A stretch of 12,243 bases of DNA from Fibrobacterota bacterium (GTDB taxonomy: Bacteria; Fibrobacterota; Fibrobacteria; UBA11236). The notes under the pieces were generated by a model. It saw nothing but the letters and a program-made list of their open reading frames with translations. It ran no database searches and had not been told where the DNA came from. The position numbers were made by a program, and so were the translations under genes. Numbering within the stretch: position 1 is the stretch's first letter; every line of letters starts with the position of its first letter. Where the stretch lies: NCBI GenBank assembly GCA_043753995.1, contig JAYUVP010000356.1, forward strand, positions 1 to 12,243, written 5' to 3'. Below are positions 7,218 through 12,243 of this stretch, one piece after another.

Positions 7218-10200
7218 CACATTCCCGCGAAAAAGGAGGCGGGATTCCAGGGATTGCGAGCGCCGGTGGGACGTCGCCCGGACTTCGCCGCGCCGCTGGT
7301 GCCTTCGCTCCCATGACCTCCCCCATGACCTAAGAGGCCATTGTATAGGCCGAAGGCGACACCGAATTCGATGCGGGTAGCATAAGTGTCGATGCGATTA
7401 TTGTGGCCACCGAAAAAGGGCCAGGTAATGGTCTCCAGTTTATCGGAGCCTGTGAATTGGCCTTGGCCATTGGGCACGCCGCTGAGGGCCGTGGCCGCCT
7501 CGAAATAAACGAGGAAGGGATAATTGTGAAAAATGCGGGCATTGAGCTTGAGGCCCCAGCCAACGCTTTGATACCAGCTTTCCGTGCCGCCATCCAACTT
7601 CCAACTTTCTTTGCGGAAAAGGTCGGTCTCGGCAAAGCTGCCATTCCAAGCGCGGCCGGCTTCCCAGAAGGCGCTGAAGTACAAGTCTTCGAGGAAAAAG
7701 ATCCAAGCGCTCGCGTAAATGTCGGGCAAGAGGGGTTGATTCAAATCGGCTGAAAATTTGAGGGAATTTTGGCCGCTGAAGGCGAGATGCTCGATATCGC
7801 GCAAATAGGGGTAACCGCGAAGATACAGCCCCTTGGAAAAGAAATCGTCCAAAGTGTCGGCCTCATTGCCGCGATTGGCTAATTCCCAGCTTAGCGCGCC
7901 CGCGAAGGCGGAAAGCACCAGAGAGCTGTTTTTGCTCCAGGGCAATTCGCTGCCATAGGTGCCGCCCACGTCGAAGTCCTGCAAGTGATAACGGCGGAGG
8001 CGCGGCTCTATCACGCCATTGTCATTGATAATGAAACTCTCCTGAAAGGTGCCATTGCGCAAGAGGCCGCTATTGCTGAACGTGTGGCTGAAATAACCCG
8101 CCATGCCCGAGGGCGCGACCATTCCCTTGTCATTGTAGTCGGCCCCATAAACCCAAACCAGGCTGTTTAGGTAAAAGGACTGATAATAATCGAGCTGAAA
8201 GGAACCGCCGCTAGAAGAGCCGTCCTCGGCCTCGTAAAAATTAAAGGAATTCCAATTGTAGCCGCCGGTGAATTGCAGGAAAGATGTTTTCTCGTCATCG
8301 CCTACCGTGGTGGCATCGAAAAGATCATAGCCCATGGTAACATTCACGTCACGGTAGGTGAGGGCATAGTGTTGCAGTCGCTTGGCGTCGGCGGGGTCGA
8401 TGGGATCCAGAGTTACTACGGTATCAGTCGTGGTCATGTTGCCGCGCGAATAGGCCACGCCCAGAGTTACCGGCAAGCTGTGATTGCGCCAGCTCAGATA
8501 GAGCTGCGACTCCTTGTCGGGATTGAGCACCTCACTATAAGCACCGATATAATCGAGGCCTTCGCCCAATTGCAAAAGCATGGCACCGAATACTTCGTTC
8601 TTCAGCAGAGGATCATTGGTCATGCCGCTAAGGCCCATCAGCCACTTCAATTCGCCGGTGCGCGCTAAGCGATTGGTAGCGCTGGTGGCTTGGCCCAATA
8701 AAAGCGGTGTGAGTATGGGACGAGTGGGCAAGGGCTTGTAGGGGTGACTCTTGCCCGCCAAAGCTTGGGGTTCGATGGCGATGCTGTCATTGTGCTTTAC
8801 CTGGTATCCTACTTGGCGCGAATTCAAAGCCTTGAGGCTGTCGAGCCGGTAAATCGAAAAGCCGTCCTTATCATATCCCACATAGGCGAGGCATTTGCCG
8901 TCGGGAGAAATCGCGGGAGCAAAGGCGCCGCCCACCACCCTCGTCAAGGCTTCGGGGCCATTCAACCGGGCCGCTGCCGGGGAGGATGCCGAATCTGTCA
9001 CCGCGCTTGGCGCGACAAGGCTAAGGCGATAGATATTGTAAATGTTGCCGCTGTCGGCGCTGAAGTAGAGCGCCTTGCCGTCGGGGCTCCACTCGGGATC
9101 GCGTTCGTCATAAGACCGGGTCAGCAGGGCTTTGAAATTCTTGCCATCGCGGCCGACCACGCCAATATTGCGTGACTTGCCGTCATAATAGGAGAAGGCA
9201 ATGCTTTTACCGTCGGGAGAAAAGCGCGGCGTATAGATATTGAAGCCATAAGGCCCATGGGCAATGCGATTTCTTTCCTCATCGCTGGGCCACAGGGTTT
9301 TCACTTCGTCAGCATCTAATTCCTTGCCTTCAGGCACAGGCGCTAAACAGAGTTTGAAATTCCCCAAGTCGGCGCGGATGAAGGCAGCCCATTGACCGTC
9401 GGCGCTGAAGGTGGGGTCAGCCGCATCAAGGAATTTGGTATAGCGTTTTTTTGTCTTATCCTCGGCGAAGGGATTGAGCGGGGATTTGCGGCGCACATTG
9501 CGCGAATACACATCGAAATGAGGAATGCCATTTTTGTCTTCGTCCTTGGAGCTATGGTAAATCACCGTACTGTCGTCGCCAGCCACGGCATAATAGGCCC
9601 GCACGCCAGCCACGGACTCCATACGCTCGGATTCTTTTTTCTTCATCGCCGAATCGCTGAGATCATAAAGCATGAGGCTGGCGCGAAAATCATCGCGCCC
9701 TTGATTGGAAAGCAGGAAAAGACTTTTGCCGTCGCGGGTGAAGCGCGGGTAATAATGATAAAAGCCGTCCGAAGTGAGTTTTTTGCCGGTCACCGGGGCG
9801 CCTAAAGCCAGCACTTGGGCTTCATAGCGTTGCGAAAGCGATTCTTTCCATTCGGTATAAATCTCGTCGCCATCCTTGCCCACCACGCGCTCCAGCGCCG
9901 CCGAGGCGGTTTGGCGATGAATACGAGACATCTCGGACCATATCTTGATCACGCTTTGGTCGCCATATTTTTCGGCGATGAAACGCGTCAGGGCAAATCC
10001 CTGGGTGTATGGCCCGAGTTCGTATTCGAGGCTATTGCCCGCAAAGCTGCCCATGCGAGCCAGAGACAAAAGCTTGCCCTCGCGCACGGCCACGCGCAAA
10101 AGCATGTCGCGATGGCTGTCCCAGGCATCGAAGCCGCTGCGCTGGCTTTCGTATTGCGCCACGCCCTCGGCCAACCAATTGGGATAATTCATGAAAGGGA

Positions 10201-10768
10201 GAATGGTGGCGAAATGCCCTTGAGTCGGCGCATTGTAATAGTCGTCATAGCCGAGTATCAGGCCCTGCCAAAAATTCGGCAACTTGGCGCCGCTCTGTAT
10301 CGAAACCAAATGCGAAAATTCATGCGTGATCACATCGCGCAACCAGTGATGGGTGGAGCGAATGGGAAAGTCCCAATCGGTAAGCCAAACCGTCATGGTA
10401 TTTTGCAGCGAATTCGCCCAGCCATTGCTGAAAATATCTTGCCGCACAATGAATTCGCTTTTGTTCGGCATTTTCAAGCGATAGCGATCGAGCTTGTCTT
10501 GAGCCACCGTCTCGGCTATACCCGCGATATATTCCGCCGGGGCTTCGAGCTCGGCGGGATAATTGAATTTGAAGTGCTCGGTTTCCGAAGTTCGCCATCG
10601 CAGATGGGCCTCATTGCGATTCCAGGTAAAGGCTTCGGCAGACAAGGTCGCTCCGAAAGCGACGGAAAAAGCCCAAAACCCCAAACGGGACAAAATCTTA
10701 TTGCCCCGAAAATCAGGGGTACGGTGCGAGCCGCAAAGGCCGGACAGACAAGGGCGCAAAACAGGCAT
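7217..10768 (-). CDS. Large outer-membrane protein: peptidase MA-like (gluzincin) domain, PD40/TolB-like beta-propeller and probable Omp85/BamA-like beta-barrel
   Basis: Signal-like region ending ATLSAEA; HEFSH with downstream WLAEGVAQY; repeated propeller motifs (PRFTRDGK, PTFSADGQ, PRFSPDGK, PEWSPDGK, PAISPDGK); an LRGYP loop motif and aromatic beta-strands (SVGWGLKL). The exact start is uncertain. Confidence 0.85.
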   Translation of the reverse strand: MPVLRPCLSGLCGSHRTPDFRGNKILSRLGFWAFSVAFGATLSAEAFTWNRNEAHLRWRTSETEHFKFNYPAELEAPAEYIAGIAETVAQDKLDRYRLKMPNKSEFIVRQDIFSNGWANSLQNTMTVWLTDWDFPIRSTHHWLRDVITHEFSHLVSIQSGAKLPNFWQGLILGYDDYYNAPTQGHFATILPFMNYPNWLAEGVAQYESQRSGFDAWDSHRDMLLRVAVREGKLLSLARMGSFAGNSLEYELGPYTQGFALTRFIAEKYGDQSVIKIWSEMSRIHRQTASAALERVVGKDGDEIYTEWKESLSQRYEAQVLALGAPVTGKKLTSDGFYHYYPRFTRDGKSLFLLSNQGRDDFRASLMLYDLSDSAMKKKESERMESVAGVRAYYAVAGDDSTVIYHSSKDEDKNGIPHFDVYSRNVRRKSPLNPFAEDKTKKRYTKFLDAADPTFSADGQWAAFIRADLGNFKLCLAPVPEGKELDADEVKTLWPSDEERNRIAHGPYGFNIYTPRFSPDGKSIAFSYYDGKSRNIGVVGRDGKNFKALLTRSYDERDPEWSPDGKALYFSADSGNIYNIYRLSLVAPSAVTDSASSPAAARLNGPEALTRVVGGAFAPAISPDGKCLAYVGYDKDGFSIYRLDSLKALNSRQVGYQVKHNDSIAIEPQALAGKSHPYKPLPTRPILTPLLLGQATSATNRLARTGELKWLMGLSGMTNDPLLKNEVFGAMLLQLGEGLDYIGAYSEVLNPDKESQLYLSWRNHSLPVTLGVAYSRGNMTTTDTVVTLDPIDPADAKRLQHYALTYRDVNVTMGYDLFDATTVGDDEKTSFLQFTGGYNWNSFNFYEAEDGSSSGGSFQLDYYQSFYLNSLVWVYGADYNDKGMVAPSGMAGYFSHTFSNSGLLRNGTFQESFIINDNGVIEPRLRRYHLQDFDVGGTYGSELPWSKNSSLVLSAFAGALSWELANRGNEADTLDDFFSKGLYLRGYPYLRDIEHLAFSGQNSLKFSADLNQPLLPDIYASAWIFFLEDLYFSAFWEAGRAWNGSFAETDLFRKESWKLDGGTESWYQSVGWGLKLNARIFHNYPFLVYFEAATALSGVPNGQGQFTGSDKLETITWPFFGGHNNRIDTYATRIEFGVAFGLYNGLLGHGGGHGSEGTSGAAKSGRRPTGARNPWNPASFFAGM

Positions 10769-10807
10769 GGTTCAGGCTTCTCCGAACCGGGATAGGGTAC
10801 AAAAAAA

Positions 10808-11116
10808 TTACCGAGGGGGCGTTGGATTCGTCGATTCCGCTTTTTCCAAAATGTCCATCCACGCTGCGAGATCGACCCACACCTCTTGCTCGACGGGATC
10901 GAAGTAAATCCAGCCTCCGGTTTTCTCGGAGCATTCTTGCAATTCCCGGATCAGCGGGGCTTCGATTTGCATTTGGCCGTATTTTTCAGGGCCGGTGCTG
11001 AGGATGCGCCAAAGATCGAATTCCAGGCCTTGCTTCCAACCCGCCGACCATGCCTCTTCGGCGACTCGCCACATCAATTCCATCAATTTTCTTTGATCGG
11101 CGGTAAAGGCACTCAT
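10808..11116 (-). CDS. Small acidic, Trp-rich hypothetical protein (102 aa)
   Basis: Its start overlaps the upstream stop (ATGA, 11113-11116). It has protein-like composition and fills the gap between co-oriented genes. Confidence 0.75.
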   Translation of the reverse strand: MSAFTADQRKLMELMWRVAEEAWSAGWKQGLEFDLWRILSTGPEKYGQMQIEAPLIRELQECSEKTGGWIYFDPVEQEVWVDLAAWMDILEKAESTNPTPPR

Positions 11117-12243
11117 AAGCCAAATTTCATTGGCGAATAGATTTCTTGGCCCACGGGATTGTAGTGCCGACCATTAGGCGCCAGGATATCGATGTCGCCC
11201 GGCATTTCACCGCCTCGCAAAGCCGCCCTTGCAGGCGCACGCAGGACAGCGCGCCGCGAAGCCAAGCTCACCACCGAGGCATTTTTATAGGCTCGGAAAA
11301 AAAGGTGGGCCAAGGTGTCTTGGCCTACGTTGTTGGGATGCACGCCATCGGTGGTCAGGTTTTTGTAGGGCGAAAAGGCAGTATACAAATCGAGCACGGG
11401 TAGGCTTTTTTCCTGGGCCACTTGCTTGATCTTCGGAATGATTTCATCGCGAATGACCGCGCCGCGAATACCATAGGCTTCGGTGCTATCGGCCTTTTTC
11501 CAGGCGGGTATGGGCGTGCAAAGCAGGATGCTCGGCTTTGGTGAAATCGTGGATAGCGTGTCGATAAGCCAAATCAAATCCGTAACGAATTCATTTTTAT
11601 GCGTATCCCAGTTTTGGGATTTGCTGTCATTAGTTCCCAATTTAATGGTGATCACATTTGGCTTGAATTTGAAAACCGAGTCCAAGTAGGGGCTCATGTG
11701 ATAGGGGCTATCGCCTTTGCGCAGCAAGGTGCGGCCAGAAACGCCGGCATTGAGCACATAAAAATCCCGGCCCATCAATTGATTGAATTTTATGGGATAG
11801 GCGTTCGCATCATGACTATTGTCAGTAATAGAATTGCCGATGCAGGCAATGCGCGTCACCTTGTTTTTATAGGCCTTGAATAGGATGGAGGCAATGGAGT
11901 CGGCGCCCGCCTTGCCCGCATCGGGATGAACGCCATCGTTTTGAAAGAGGTCTCCGCGATTTTCCAGCGGCGTATGCAAATCAACGACGGTGAGCCCTTT
12001 CTCATCGGCAGCCTTCTTGATATTCGGAATGATTTCATTCTTGATGACGGGATCATTGATGCCGTCCACGGCCCAAGTTCCGTTTTTTTGAAAGGCGGGA
12101 ACGGGATAGCAGGGAAGAATCATGGGCTTGGAGGCCAAGGTCCCCAGAGTGTCTATCATGGCTTTGGCATCACTCACGAAATCATTTTTATTCGCAGTCC
12201 AGTTATAAGGCTTGCTGTCATTGGTGCCAAGCTTAATCGAGAC
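11113..12243 (-). CDS. Tandem SGNH/GDSL hydrolase (acetylesterase-like), 5'-truncated by the window edge, with basic C-terminal tail
   Basis: The frame is open to 12243 (VSIKLGTNDSKPYNWTANKNDFVSD...). Domain 1 shows LGTND and DGVHP. Domain 2 shows GNSIT, NAGVSG, LGTND and DGVHP. Confidence 0.92.
   Translation of the reverse strand, partial: VSIKLGTNDSKPYNWTANKNDFVSDAKAMIDTLGTLASKPMILPCYPVPAFQKNGTWAVDGINDPVIKNEIIPNIKKAADEKGLTVVDLHTPLENRGDLFQNDGVHPDAGKAGADSIASILFKAYKNKVTRIACIGNSITDNSHDANAYPIKFNQLMGRDFYVLNAGVSGRTLLRKGDSPYHMSPYLDSVFKFKPNVITIKLGTNDSKSQNWDTHKNEFVTDLIWLIDTLSTISPKPSILLCTPIPAWKKADSTEAYGIRGAVIRDEIIPKIKQVAQEKSLPVLDLYTAFSPYKNLTTDGVHPNNVGQDTLAHLFFRAYKNASVVSLASRRAVLRAPARAALRGGEMPGDIDILAPNGRHYNPVGQEIYSPMKFGL

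Noticed and set aside
9815..10795. 326-aa plus-strand ORF and other antisense ORFs
   Set aside because: They are shadows of well-supported minus-strand genes in GC-rich DNA and have no recognisable motifs.
1..12243. CRISPR array, tRNA/rRNA, transposase or defence system
   Set aside because: No spaced direct repeats, RNA gene signatures or relevant protein motifs were seen.

Overview
A GC-rich bacterial window with mostly minus-strand genes. A Fibrobacterota/FCB-group origin is tentatively inferred from LAKxA motifs, basic C-terminal tails and a peptidase-propeller-Omp85 protein. In order it contains: the 5' end of an unknown gene; an RluA-family pseudouridine synthase interrupted by one in-frame TAG; a TetR (WHG-type) regulator divergent from an NAD-dependent epimerase/dehydratase, with two tandem palindromic operators; an internally deleted chromate transporter remnant; a secreted protein with a carboxypeptidase-regulatory-like domain; a class IV aminotransferase; a LOG-family protein; a large peptidase/beta-propeller/Omp85-like protein; a small hypothetical protein; and a 5'-truncated tandem SGNH esterase. 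The main find is a 161-bp hairpin-forming MITE-like element (7050-7210, perfect 15-bp TIRs, TA duplication) inserted at codon 2-3 of the LOG gene. The original start, coupled to the upstream stop by TGATG, now reads a 52-aa peptide through the element that stops in the distal TIR. One base later the TIR supplies a new in-frame ATG, with an RBS-like motif just inside the element, so the insertion appears to rescue the gene it disrupts.
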